Shown piece after piece: positions 9,738-19,402 of a stretch of 45,109 nt of DNA (the first letter of the stretch is position 1; each line of letters opens with the position of its first letter). The stretch spans positions 1 through 45,109 of the forward strand of contig JANPLU010000096.1 in assembly GCA_031422435.1 (NCBI GenBank), in the 5' to 3' direction. This DNA is from Acaryochloridaceae cyanobacterium VAR_48_metabat_390 (GTDB lineage: Bacteria > Cyanobacteriota > Cyanobacteriia > Thermosynechococcales > Thermosynechococcaceae). A program made the translations under genes and the position numbers. The notes under the pieces are model-generated. The model had not been told where the DNA came from. It was given only the letters and a program-made list of their open reading frames with translations, and did no database searches.

Positions 9738-10592
9738 CTAACCCTTGACGCCGCTGCCCACATCAGAGGGCACAATGTAGCGCTGCATGGCGAGAAAGAA
9801 GAGCAAAATAGGCGCAATGGAAATGACTGACCCTGCCGCCACCAGTCGCCAGTCTAATGAAAAGGTGCCAGCCAGCTTTGAGACACCCAAGGGCAAAGTG
9901 TAGTACTGCGGGTCGTCCAGTACAATCAGGGGCCACAAAAAGTCACTCCACGCCCCAATAAATACAAAAATGGTGAGCGTGACCAGTGCGGGACGCACAG
10001 AAGGCAGCATGACGTTCCACCAAATGCCCAGCTCTGAGCAGCCATCCATGCGAGCGGCTTCTTCTAGGTCTTTGGGAACTGTCATAAAGGCTTGGCGCAG
10101 CAGAAAAATGCCGAAGGCCGAGGCGATCGCCGGAAAAATAACGCCCAGATAAGAATTCTTAAGCCCCATCTGCACAGTCAGAATGTACAGCGGAATCATT
10201 ACAATCTGAAACGGAATCATGATAGTGGAAATCACCGCCGCAAAAATCCAGTCTTTGCCTGCAAAATCGAGTCGCGCTAAAGGATAAGCCGCGAGAGAGC
10301 AAAAGACCAGGTTAAAGCCCACCGTCAAGACCGACACCAAAAGGCTGTTAACGAAGTAGCGACCAAAGGGCTGACTCTCCCACACCCGTACAAAATTCTG
10401 GAGCGTGGGCTGCAATGGCAAAAACTGCGGCGGAAACTGAAAAATGTTTTCGGTGGGTGACTTGAGGGCGGTGCTGGTCAGCCACAGCAGGGGCAGCAGC
10501 ATGATGAGGGCGATCGCCACCAGTAAAGCATAGGTGAAGAACTGCTGTACCCGCTCCATAGGCTGGAATGATCGCTTAGGAGAAAGTTTCAT
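9738..10592 (-). CDS. Carbohydrate ABC transporter permease (MalG/LacG type)
   Basis: Multiple TM helices and EAA loop VPKDLEEAARMDGCS, WSDFLWPLI. Start at ATG 10592 preferred over the longer track start. Confidence 0.9.
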   Translation of the reverse strand: MKLSPKRSFQPMERVQQFFTYALLVAIALIMLLPLLWLTSTALKSPTENIFQFPPQFLPLQPTLQNFVRVWESQPFGRYFVNSLLVSVLTVGFNLVFCSLAAYPLARLDFAGKDWIFAAVISTIMIPFQIVMIPLYILTVQMGLKNSYLGVIFPAIASAFGIFLLRQAFMTVPKDLEEAARMDGCSELGIWWNVMLPSVRPALVTLTIFVFIGAWSDFLWPLIVLDDPQYYTLPLGVSKLAGTFSLDWRLVAAGSVISIAPILLFFLAMQRYIVPSDVGSGVKG

Positions 10593-10659
10593 AGTGTTAC
10601 CTTTATCTATAGCATCATGTGCCCTGAAGTCGAATCTGTAAAACAAAACATTAAAAGCG

Positions 10660-10685
10660 AAAAGGCGAACTCATAAAGTTCGCCC
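10660..10685 (-). terminator. Intrinsic terminator downstream of the cyAbrB gene
   Basis: Minus strand GGCGAACT-TTATG-AGTTCGCC-TTTT. Confidence 0.7.
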
Positions 10686-10796
10686 TGCATGGGGTCAGAC
10701 TAGCATAAACCACAAAGCATTTATGAACTAAGCTGACAGACAAACGCTTGTGCGCCTGTAAAATGTCTTTTGTTTGGAAAATGACAAAGCCTAAAA

Positions 10797-11210
10797 CTAT
10801 GAAGCCTCTTGCAGTTCAGCTTCGGCAGAAATCTGCTTTAGATGAATATGACGGCGACCCAGAGCAATCTCAAATTCATCTCCAGGATTCAGCTCCATCT
10901 TTTTGGTGTAGGCAGCGCCAATTAGCAAATTGCCGTTGGCCTGAACGCTAATCTTAAAGCTGGCGCTTCGCCCTCCTCGGCTCCCGCCATTACTAGCGCG
11001 CCCATCTAACTCAATTCCTTCTGCGTCAATCAGAGCGTTGAGAAACTTCATCATATTTAGGCGCTCACTACCGTCGGGCATAACGGTGTAGTAGCCACAC
11101 TCTTTGGCCTTATCTTCCTTTGTCAAATTGTCTAGTTCTTTAACGCGATTTAGCAAAGCTTCTCCTTTGAGCGGAGAGACCTCTGCCTTCTTTTTAGTAG
11201 TGGTTGCCAT
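10797..11210 (-). CDS. cyabrB2: Cyanobacterial AbrB-like regulator, clade B (cyAbrB2/CalB type)
   Basis: KAKECGYYT..NMMKFLNALIDAEGI..GRSASFKISVQANGNLLIGAAYTK..PGDEFEI, matching the clade B signature as recalled. Confidence 0.85.
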   Translation of the reverse strand: MATTTKKKAEVSPLKGEALLNRVKELDNLTKEDKAKECGYYTVMPDGSERLNMMKFLNALIDAEGIELDGRASNGGSRGGRSASFKISVQANGNLLIGAAYTKKMELNPGDEFEIALGRRHIHLKQISAEAELQEAS

Positions 11211-11540
11211 TCGTATTCAATCTCAAGTAAAGTATTGCACTAGCCAAGCACTTTATCTGTTCTCACAGATTATTAAGTATAGCCTATAAATATCATGCCT
11301 AATCTGTTTATTTTACATTACTGCCCAACAAGTAGAGGTAGATTCTAAGGTATCTGATATGAGCAATGAAAGATTTAAAATATTGCTTAAAAATGAGTGT
11401 GCTGTGGCAAAAGAAAGCAGAAGCTCTCATTGCTAAGCGAGAAAAGCTGTTAGAGGTTGAGGTTCGGTCTTAAAGGGCAATGAAACACTAAGGTGGGCAA
11501 TTACAACCCACTGCGTCTTATTCCAGGGTCTTTACACCTT

Positions 11541-12473
11541 CTAGGTTTGCCTTGGAATCTCATAGCTCAGAAAATCATGCGCCAACTCTGTTTTAGGAAA
11601 AATAGCTCTGGCCTCTTTGAGCAAATCATTGAGCTGTACGGGACTTCCTGGCGCATAGCGAGGGCTAAAGTGCGTTAAAAATAGATGCTTGACCGATGCG
11701 GTTAGTGCCACTTGAGCCGCCATCGTAGAGGTAGAGTGTAGCCGTTCGTAAGCCATGGTTGCGTCTTGATGAGCGTAGGTAGACTCATGGATTAAAACAT
11801 CTGCCCCATGGGAGAGGTGAACTGCTCCTTCGCAATAGACGGTGTCGGTACAGTACACCAAAGTGCGGCCTCGCTGAATGTCTCCGCACAGCGCTGTGCC
11901 GTCGAAACTGCGACCGTCTTCAAGGGTGACGGTTTCTCCGCGCTTTAATTTGCCATAAAGAGGACCAAAGGGAATGCCGTAAGCGGCGGCTTTATCTGCA
12001 TCAAATCGACCCGGCCGATCTTTTTCTTGGATGCGATAGCCATAGGCAGTGACGCGATGTTCTAATCGGTTGCAGTAAACATCGTATTCTTCATCTGAAA
12101 AAACCAGTCCTGGTTGAACTGTATGGACACGAATAGAATAAGAAAAATGCGTTTGAGAATAGCGACGGCTGGCTTGTAAATAATCTTCTAGTCCGGCTGG
12201 GCCATAGATATCAATTTGGCTGTTATTTCCCGCTAGGCCGCAGCTTGCCAGTAGGCCCATTAGGCCAAAGATGTGGTCGCCATGCATATGAGTGACAAAG
12301 ATGCGGCGAATTTGGCTGATTTTGAGTTCGCTTCGTAAAACCTGGTGCTGGGTTCCTTCGCCGCAGTCGAGGAGCCAAATCTCAGCGCGCTGCGCTAATC
12401 GAACAGCAACGCTAGAGACATTTCGCGATCGCGTTGGGACACCGGAACTTGTGCCAAGGAATGTTATTTGCAA
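11541..12473 (-). CDS. rnz: Ribonuclease Z
   Basis: MQITFLGTSSGVPT, DCGEGTQ, THMHGDHIFG, GP-rich exosite, HST, LTHFSPRY. Confidence 0.97.
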   Translation of the reverse strand: MQITFLGTSSGVPTRSRNVSSVAVRLAQRAEIWLLDCGEGTQHQVLRSELKISQIRRIFVTHMHGDHIFGLMGLLASCGLAGNNSQIDIYGPAGLEDYLQASRRYSQTHFSYSIRVHTVQPGLVFSDEEYDVYCNRLEHRVTAYGYRIQEKDRPGRFDADKAAAYGIPFGPLYGKLKRGETVTLEDGRSFDGTALCGDIQRGRTLVYCTDTVYCEGAVHLSHGADVLIHESTYAHQDATMAYERLHSTSTMAAQVALTASVKHLFLTHFSPRYAPGSPVQLNDLLKEARAIFPKTELAHDFLSYEIPRQT

Positions 12474-12527
12474 AATTCCTAATCCTGTTAAAACCTGAAG
12501 AAATCACTTAGCTTGAATCACTTGACG

Positions 12528-12671
12528 TTAATCATAAGATGGGTAGTTCTCATCTGTATGAACCGCCTCAATAAACCTAATTATAGAGCCGACCCAAAGC
12601 CGTCTGAAGTCACTTTTAATTTGTGAGGCTGAAAGTTTTGGAAAGGTGCTATGCTCACTGTCGTTGAACAT
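12528..12671 (-). CDS. Candidate 47-aa small protein upstream of rnz
   Basis: ATG preceded by GAGAGG-CTT; MFNDSEHSTFPKLSASQIKSDFRRLWVGSIIRFIEAVHTDENYPSYD; ends 54 nt before rnz. Confidence 0.4.
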   Translation of the reverse strand: MFNDSEHSTFPKLSASQIKSDFRRLWVGSIIRFIEAVHTDENYPSYD

Positions 12672-12884
12672 AAGCCTCTCGCTAGCTTCGCATAGGCACA
12701 GTAAGCTCACATAAAAAACTCAGTCAAAGCTGACCCATTGAAACAAAACTTTCTCCGTATCTGTCAATGGCATTCATCAGATTAGGGCACTCTAATCATA
12801 GATTTTAGACAAGTTTCTTTTCAAGTCCTCAAGCTGCATATCGTCTTGCCACCCATCATCTTAATTGTAATGGAGTATTACTCT

Positions 12885-14099
12885 ATGACTTGGCTCCCAC
12901 TGCGCCGATCTCAATGCGATCGCAGCAATCAAAATGATAGCCTAGCCCCAAGCATTCAGCGCTTGCCCCGCACGTTATGGGTTAGTTGCTGGCTGCTGCT
13001 GGCTGCTGCTAGCCCTGCTGCTGCAATAGACATCCGCGTGGGTCTGAGTCAGGGTGCTTCGGTCGTTACTGTGGGCAGCTCCAGTGCCGCAGATCTAGTC
13101 GATGGAAAAGGGAAGATTCTAGGCCAGATTCCGGCCTTGCAGGGATTTACCGCTGCTGACGTTACAGGCGGAGTGAGCCTTAACGGGAAAAAAGCGTGGC
13201 AGATTACCGTTAAGCCGAAAGAAAAAGGGTTTGTTTATGTGGGCGATCGCGCCGCCGCTGGGGGACGCTGGTATCGTGGCGAGGTAAAGCTCGTGAGCGG
13301 CAGTAGCGGTCTTACGGTGATCAACGATCTAAAGTTAGAAGATTACGTTGCCAGCGTGGTGGGGAAAGAAATGTACCCTATTTGGCCTCAAGAGGCACTC
13401 AAGGCACAGGCCGTTGCCGCTCGCTCCTACGCCATCTTTCAGAAGCAGCATCCCAAATATAAGCTCTTTGATGTTTTAAGCACCACCACCTCCCAGGTCT
13501 ATGCAGGGCTAGATGGCGAGGCCAATACCACCCAGACGGCAGCGCAGGCGACTGCTGGGCAGGTGCTGACCTACCAAGGCAAGGTTATAGAGTCTGTATT
13601 TCACTCCGCCTCTGGCGGTCATACTGAAAACTCAGAAGATGTGTGGGTGAAGGCAGTACCCTACCTACGCGGGGTGCCAGATTTTGACCAGGCGGCACCC
13701 GTGTTTCAGTGGAACCTGGCCTTGACTGCCACTCAGATTCGCCAGCGCATTCCAGGCGTTGGCGATATTATTTCTATTACCCCTGTCAAAACCACCCCCG
13801 TAGGACGAGTCAGAATCCTCAAAGTTCAGGGGAGCACAGGATCACGCCTGCTCAAAGGGAGCGATGCGCGGCGGGCGTTGGGACTCAAAAGTACGTACTT
13901 TTCAGCAAAGCCTGAATTTGGGACGGTAGCAGGCACCAAAGGGGCTAGACCCATTAGGTTTCAGATTGTGGGGCAGGGTTCAGGCCACGGCCTTGGCATG
14001 AGTCAGTGGGGAGCCTATAGCCTTGCGATGCAGGGTAAGACCTATCAGACCATTTTGACCCATTATTTTCAGGGTGTTTTACTCAAAACCCTGTATTAG
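12885..14099 (+). CDS. SpoIID/LytB-domain protein (peptidoglycan lytic transglycosylase family)
   Basis: RWYRG, LEDYVASVVGKEM, EALKAQAVAARSYA, FHSASGGHTE, GHGLGMSQWGA. Start uncertain. Confidence 0.93.
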   Translation: MTWLPLRRSQCDRSNQNDSLAPSIQRLPRTLWVSCWLLLAAASPAAAIDIRVGLSQGASVVTVGSSSAADLVDGKGKILGQIPALQGFTAADVTGGVSLNGKKAWQITVKPKEKGFVYVGDRAAAGGRWYRGEVKLVSGSSGLTVINDLKLEDYVASVVGKEMYPIWPQEALKAQAVAARSYAIFQKQHPKYKLFDVLSTTTSQVYAGLDGEANTTQTAAQATAGQVLTYQGKVIESVFHSASGGHTENSEDVWVKAVPYLRGVPDFDQAAPVFQWNLALTATQIRQRIPGVGDIISITPVKTTPVGRVRILKVQGSTGSRLLKGSDARRALGLKSTYFSAKPEFGTVAGTKGARPIRFQIVGQGSGHGLGMSQWGAYSLAMQGKTYQTILTHYFQGVLLKTLY

Positions 14100-14295
14100 C
14101 TACCGTGTACGCACAAGGCTGAGCAAAATCAAACATGCCAAACCCTCTCCTCGCAGGGTTCTCGAAGAGCGGGGTGAGTTAGTCATGGCGCAACTGACTG
14201 ACCCACTCTTGCCCCTTCCAAGAGGGAAGTTATGAATGGTTTATGGTAAGACCTTTACGGAAGGGAAACTTTAAGACATGTGGGTAGGCCGTAGC
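14099..14295. mobile_element. Degenerate MITE-like element, second family
   Basis: Imperfect 19-bp terminal inverted repeats GCTACCGTGTACGCACAAG / CATGTGGGTAGGCCGTAGC (14/19 complementary) around non-coding DNA with a CCCTTCCAAGAGGG hairpin. Confidence 0.5.
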
Positions 14296-14324
14296 CTGCA
14301 TTAAAAACGAATCAGAACCTAAAT

Positions 14325-15137
14325 TTAGCCAAAGCGCCCTGAAACATAGTCTCGCGTAATATCTTCCTTTGGGTCGGTGAAAATGTTGACGGTTTCGTCG
14401 TATTCGACAAGGTAGCCGACCTTCCCACCCTTTGGCGTTGCTTCAGCGTTAAAGAAAGCGGTTTTATCAGACACCCGTGATGCCTGCTGCATATTATGGG
14501 TAACGATGATGATGGTGTACTGCTCTTTGAGGTCGTTCATTAACTCCTCAACGCGCAAGGTTGAAATGGGATCGAGCGCTGAGCAGGGTTCATCCATCAG
14601 AATGACTTCAGGGTTAACGGCGATCGCCCGTGCAATACACAACCGCTGCTGTTGCCCACCCGATAATGACAGCCCACTGGCCTTGAGCTTATCTTTCACT
14701 TCATCCCAAAGGGCGGCTCTCTTAAGAGACTTCTCTACTAGTTCATCTAGGTTGTCTTTGTATCCGTTAATTCGAGCGCCAAAGGCAATATTTTCGTAGA
14801 TTGATTTGGGGAATGGGTTTGGCTTTTGAAACACCATCCCAATTTGTCGCCGCACCACCACCGGATCTACTCGTTTGTCATAAAGATTGGTGCCGTGGAA
14901 CAGGACATTTCCCTCGATACGGGCGCTTGCTACTAGGTCGTTCATACGGTTGAAGCATCGCAGTACCGTACTTTTGCCACAGCCCGAAGGTCCAATAAGT
15001 GCCGTAATCTTGTTCTTTGGAATGTCTAAAAACACGTTTTTAACGGCTAAGGTGCCACCGTAGGAAACCGATAGATTTTCGGTTTGAAGCGTATACTGCG
15101 TGGCGGAACTGGTAGCAGAGGCGAGTGTAGGGTTCAT
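14325..15137 (-). CDS. pstB: Phosphate ABC transporter ATP-binding protein (divergent copy)
   Basis: [49 protein letters not shown]-terminal YVSGRFG. Confidence 0.96.
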   Translation of the reverse strand: MNPTLASATSSATQYTLQTENLSVSYGGTLAVKNVFLDIPKNKITALIGPSGCGKSTVLRCFNRMNDLVASARIEGNVLFHGTNLYDKRVDPVVVRRQIGMVFQKPNPFPKSIYENIAFGARINGYKDNLDELVEKSLKRAALWDEVKDKLKASGLSLSGGQQQRLCIARAIAVNPEVILMDEPCSALDPISTLRVEELMNDLKEQYTIIIVTHNMQQASRVSDKTAFFNAEATPKGGKVGYLVEYDETVNIFTDPKEDITRDYVSGRFG

Positions 15138-15225
15138 ATCTTTAGACTGATGAAGATCAGAGCGAACCGAGAAGCACACCAGAGCTGATCTTAGACTAAT
15201 CGGCAGTCTTAAAAATACACCTCTA

Positions 15226-15244
15226 ACGTAAAGAGCAGGTTAAC
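15226..15244 (-). promoter_or_regulatory. Pho box (SphR site) facing the divergent pstB
   Basis: Minus strand GTTAACCT-N3-CTTTACGT with 11-bp spacing, resembling cyanobacterial PyTTAAPyPy(T/A) repeats. Confidence 0.65.
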
Positions 15245-15316
15245 AGCAGACATTCCTTCAGCTATGTAACTGCCCCACTGACACACCGTTGAGGGACTTC
15301 GGAAAAGATAAAAAGC

Positions 15317-15335
15317 CTTAACCCATTCTTTACTT
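15317..15335 (+). promoter_or_regulatory. Pho box (SphR site) facing pstS
   Basis: CTTAACCC-N3-CTTTACTT followed by -10-like TATGCT/TATTTT. Confidence 0.7.
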
Positions 15336-15410
15336 ACGGTCTGTATGCTATTTTACCAGCGGCCTGTAGTATTACAGTGCAATCCCTTGAGTAGAAATTA
15401 GAAAAACCTG

Positions 15411-16505
15411 ATGCTTCTTCGTTCTAGAGCAATTCGCTGGACTATCACGACTTCTGCTGCGGCTTTAACCCTCGGGTTGGTCTCTTGCGGCGGATCGACC
15501 GATGCTCCTTCAGCATCATCGAGTGGCGCTGCTAGCACCTCTGTCGTAACAGAAAATGTAACGTTGAGTGGTGCTGGTGCAACTTTCCCCGCCCCTCTCT
15601 ATCAACGCTGGTTTTCAGATTTTAACAAAGCCAATCCTTCTGTCACTGCAAGCTATCAGTCAGTGGGAAGTGGTGCTGGTGTTAAGCAATTTGTCGCAGG
15701 CACCGTAGACTTCGGAGCCAGTGATGTTGCAATGAAAGATGAGGAAATCAAACAGGTCGCTAAGGGCGCTCTGATGATTCCTATGACGGCAGGTTCTATC
15801 GTATTTGCCTACAACCTGCCCGAACTCAAAACGCCCCTGAAGCTTTCACGAGAAGCTTACACAGGGATTGTTCTTGGCAAGATCAAAAAGTGGAACGATC
15901 CGGCGATCGCCAAAGCTAATCCCGATGCAAAGCTTCCAGATCTGCCTATTTCCTACGTGTATCGCTCTGATGGAAGCGGCACAACAGGATTCTTTACAAT
16001 GTTTCTGAGTGCTGCCAGTAGCGAATTTAAGACCAAGGTAGGCGAAGGCAAAACGGTCAATTGGCCGACAGGTACCGGAGCTAAAGGGAATGAGGGTATT
16101 ACAGCCCAGATTCAGCAGAACAAAGGTTCACTTGGCTATGTCGAATATGGCTACGCTAAGCAAAATGGCCTGCAATTTGCTGCCTTAGAAAATAAATCCG
16201 GCACCTTTGTTGAACCCTCCGATGCATCGGCAGCGAAAACGTTAGCGTCCGTGAAGCTGCCGGAGAACTTACGAGCGTTTATTGCCGACCCTGAAGGTAA
16301 AGAAGACTACCCCATCGTTACGTTTTCTTGGCTTCTCGTCTATAAAACCTATGACGATCCTGTTAAGGTTAAAGCCCTAAAAGCCGTCATTGACTATAGC
16401 CTTACCGAAGGTCAAAAAGTGAGCGCCGAATTAGGCTACGTCCCCTTACCAGAAGCTGTTGTGGCTAAATCTAAAGCTGCTGCGGCTTCTATCGTCAGTA
16501 AGTAA
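15411..16505 (+). CDS. pstS: Phosphate-binding lipoprotein
   Basis: Lipobox LVSC, GAGATFPAPLY, YQSVGSGAG, DFGASD, RSDGSGTT, GAKGNEG. Confidence 0.97.
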   Translation: MLLRSRAIRWTITTSAAALTLGLVSCGGSTDAPSASSSGAASTSVVTENVTLSGAGATFPAPLYQRWFSDFNKANPSVTASYQSVGSGAGVKQFVAGTVDFGASDVAMKDEEIKQVAKGALMIPMTAGSIVFAYNLPELKTPLKLSREAYTGIVLGKIKKWNDPAIAKANPDAKLPDLPISYVYRSDGSGTTGFFTMFLSAASSEFKTKVGEGKTVNWPTGTGAKGNEGITAQIQQNKGSLGYVEYGYAKQNGLQFAALENKSGTFVEPSDASAAKTLASVKLPENLRAFIADPEGKEDYPIVTFSWLLVYKTYDDPVKVKALKAVIDYSLTEGQKVSAELGYVPLPEAVVAKSKAAAASIVSK

Positions 16506-16518
16506 GAAACCAAATGCC

Positions 16519-16555
16519 AGGGGTCAGGAGGAGATTTCTTGCCTTCTTGACCCCT
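16519..16555 (+). terminator. Stem-loop between pstS and pstC (mRNA-stabilising or partial terminator)
   Basis: AGGGGTCAGGAGG..CCTTCTTGACCCCT inverted repeat, no U-tract on the plus strand. Confidence 0.55.
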
Positions 16556-16626
16556 AAAACATTGCAATAATTCCGCGCACAGATCTCCTATAGGCCACTC
16601 CATCCTTACCATTTCTTGAGCGCATC

Positions 16627-17577
16627 ATGACTTTACAGTTGGCAAACTCAAAGCAACTCATTCAAGAAAAACCAAGTTTTGGACAAACGCTAGATAAAAT
16701 TTTTATCTGGATTACTCGCCTTTGCGCCTTCTCTATTGCGGGTGTGTTGGTCATAATTGCGATTCAGGTTGGGATTGAAGCGATACCCGCCATGAAAGAA
16801 TTTGGCCTGGGTTTTATTGTGAAGCAGGACTGGGATCCGGTCAAAGGTGTCTACGGCGTTTTGCCGATGATCTATGGCACGCTCATGACTTCTCTTGTTG
16901 CGCTATTACTGGCGATCCCGATTGGAGTTGGTTCTGCCATATTTCTGAGTGAAGATTTTTTACCCATTTCGTTTCGCACCGTGCTGGTGTTTTTGGTTGA
17001 GCTACTGGCGGCTATTCCAAGCGTCGTATACGGGCTATGGGGCATTTTTGTATTGGTGCCTCTGTTAAGACCCATTGGGGAATGGCTTCACCAAAGCTTA
17101 GGCTGGTTTCCGCTATTTAGCACTAGCCCTTCTGGCCCGGGGCTTTTGCCTGCGGCTGTTGTGGTGACAATTATGATTTTGCCTACCATTACGGCTATTT
17201 CGAGAGATGCCCTTACCTCTCTTCCGTCAGAATTGCGTCAGGCTTCGATTGGCCTGGGTGGAACCCGTTGGGAAACTATTTTTCGTGTACTTCTACCTGC
17301 GGCATTTTCAGGCATTATGGGGGCAATTATGCTTGCCCTAGGCCGTGCGATGGGTGAAACGATGGCAGTGACAATGCTTATAGGTAACTCGAATAATGTG
17401 AGCCTATCTCTATTTGCGCCTGGAAACACCATTGCTTCTCTACTCGCAAACCAATTTGCTGAGGCTAGTGGGCTTCAGATTTCTGCCTTGATGTACGCTG
17501 GGTTAATTTTGTTTGCGCTGACGCTGCTGGTTAATATGGCGGCGCAATGGATTGTCGGAAAGGTTCAAAGGTTTTAA
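16627..17577 (+). CDS. pstC: Phosphate ABC permease
   Basis: ELLAAIPSVVYGLWG, LALGRAMGETMAVTM, IASLLANQFAEA. Confidence 0.96.
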   Translation: MTLQLANSKQLIQEKPSFGQTLDKIFIWITRLCAFSIAGVLVIIAIQVGIEAIPAMKEFGLGFIVKQDWDPVKGVYGVLPMIYGTLMTSLVALLLAIPIGVGSAIFLSEDFLPISFRTVLVFLVELLAAIPSVVYGLWGIFVLVPLLRPIGEWLHQSLGWFPLFSTSPSGPGLLPAAVVVTIMILPTITAISRDALTSLPSELRQASIGLGGTRWETIFRVLLPAAFSGIMGAIMLALGRAMGETMAVTMLIGNSNNVSLSLFAPGNTIASLLANQFAEASGLQISALMYAGLILFALTLLVNMAAQWIVGKVQRF

Positions 17578-17626
17578 TTATTTGGGCTGCCGTTTCCTGT
17601 AAAGAAATCTCCATTGGCTTTGTTTT

Positions 17627-18475
17627 ATGTATTTGACCCATCAGTCTGGTAAAGCGCGATCAATCTTTAATAAAGCCATGACGTTTCTGGCGGGGTCGCT
17701 GGTGGTTGTGGCACTCATTCCCCTATTGGCGGTTCTATCCTACGTTCTGATTAAGGGGTTCAGCCGCTTAAACCTAGACCTGCTGACCAAACTTCCGCCG
17801 CCGCCGATGGCTCCAGGTGGCGGTATTGCGAATGCCATTGTGGGCACTTTAATTATGGTGGGGTTAGCGTCTGTCATCAGCGTTCCCATTGGGATTGGTT
17901 CTGCAATTTTCTTGTCAGAGTTTAGTCACCCTACGACCGCTCGCTGGATTCGGTTTGCAACCAATGTCCTGAATGGGGTGCCCTCTATTATTTTGGGCGT
18001 GTTTGCCTACGCGGCCTTTGTGGTTACGACCAAAACGTTTTCGGCCTATGCAGGTGCAGCGGCACTGTCAATTTTGATGCTGCCCACTATCATCCGCACT
18101 ACGGATGAAGCCCTTAAAATTGTGCCCCAAGAAATTCGATGGGCAGCGCTAGGGGTTGGTGCGGCGAAGTATCAGACGGTTTTGCAGATTGTAGTGCCAG
18201 CGGCATTGCCAACCATCATTACGGGGGTGACTTTGGCGATCGCCAGAGCTGCCGGAGAGACAGCGCCCCTCATCTTCACTGCGCTGTTTACCCAATTCTG
18301 GCCCAATAGCCTATCGCAACCGACTCCTTCATTAGCGGTACTCGTCTTCAACTTTGCCACGGTACCCTTTAAAAACCAGCAGGAGTTGGCTTGGGCTGCT
18401 TCTTTGATTTTGGTGCTTTTAGTCTTAACCACAAGCATTGTCTCTCGCTTCGCCCTTCGCCGCAAAACCTACTAG
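17627..18475 (+). CDS. pstA: Phosphate ABC permease
   Basis: [32 protein letters not shown]. Confidence 0.96.
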   Translation: MYLTHQSGKARSIFNKAMTFLAGSLVVVALIPLLAVLSYVLIKGFSRLNLDLLTKLPPPPMAPGGGIANAIVGTLIMVGLASVISVPIGIGSAIFLSEFSHPTTARWIRFATNVLNGVPSIILGVFAYAAFVVTTKTFSAYAGAAALSILMLPTIIRTTDEALKIVPQEIRWAALGVGAAKYQTVLQIVVPAALPTIITGVTLAIARAAGETAPLIFTALFTQFWPNSLSQPTPSLAVLVFNFATVPFKNQQELAWAASLILVLLVLTTSIVSRFALRRKTY

Positions 18476-18486
18476 CTGGTTCCCTT

Positions 18487-19308
18487 ATGACTCACTACTC
18501 GCCCCAAATGGCTACTCAAACCCAAGATAAACTTGAGGATACTGCCTTAGAAGCTGTTAATCTTCATATTCACTACGGCTCTTTTTTGGCTGTCAGAGAT
18601 GTCTGTCTTAAAATTGCGCGTAACCAAATCACCTCATTTATTGGCCCATCGGGCTGTGGCAAAAGCACTCTTTTGCGCTGCTTTAATCGTCTTAATGACC
18701 TCATCGAAAGCTTTTACATTAAAGGTCAGGTTTACCACGATAACCAAGATCTTTACAGTCGCCATGTCGATCCAGTGTTAGTACGCCGTCGCATTGGAAT
18801 GGTGTTTCAAAAACCAAATCCGTTTCCTAAATCAATTTACGATAATGTTGCCTACGGCCCTAGAATCAATGGGTTTAAGGGCAGCCTAGATGAGCTTGTC
18901 GAGCAATCTTTGCGACAGGCTGCTTTATGGGATGAGGTGAAAGACAAGCTAAAGCAGAGCGGTACGGCGCTCTCAGGTGGTCAGCAGCAGCGCCTCTGCA
19001 TTGCGCGCACTATTGCAGTGCAGCCAGAGGTTATTTTGATGGACGAACCTTGTGCAGCGCTTGACCCCATTTCTACTCTCAAAGTAGAACAACTCATGAA
19101 TGAGCTAAAGAAGCAGTACACCATCGTAATTGTGACCCACAATATGCAGCAGGCATCACGGGTTTCTGATAAAACTGCCTTCTTTAACGTAGAGGCAACC
19201 GACAAAGGAAAAGTGGGCTATTTAGTTGAATATGACGATACGGTTAACATCTTTACTAACCCCCGCGAAACCTATACCAGAGACTATATTGCAGGACGAT
19301 TTGGATAG
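18487..19308 (+). CDS. pstB: Phosphate ABC transporter ATP-binding protein (operon copy)
   Basis: Same PstB motifs, C-terminal YIAGRFG. Start at 18487 or 18508. Confidence 0.96.
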   Translation: MTHYSPQMATQTQDKLEDTALEAVNLHIHYGSFLAVRDVCLKIARNQITSFIGPSGCGKSTLLRCFNRLNDLIESFYIKGQVYHDNQDLYSRHVDPVLVRRRIGMVFQKPNPFPKSIYDNVAYGPRINGFKGSLDELVEQSLRQAALWDEVKDKLKQSGTALSGGQQQRLCIARTIAVQPEVILMDEPCAALDPISTLKVEQLMNELKKQYTIVIVTHNMQQASRVSDKTAFFNVEATDKGKVGYLVEYDDTVNIFTNPRETYTRDYIAGRFG

Positions 19309-19402
19309 GCAATACATGTCTAAATAAGCGCAATTATGGACGATGATGTTACCTTAGGTCACAACTAGGGAATGATAGTTACATCGTCCGATAGGGGTAC
19401 GT

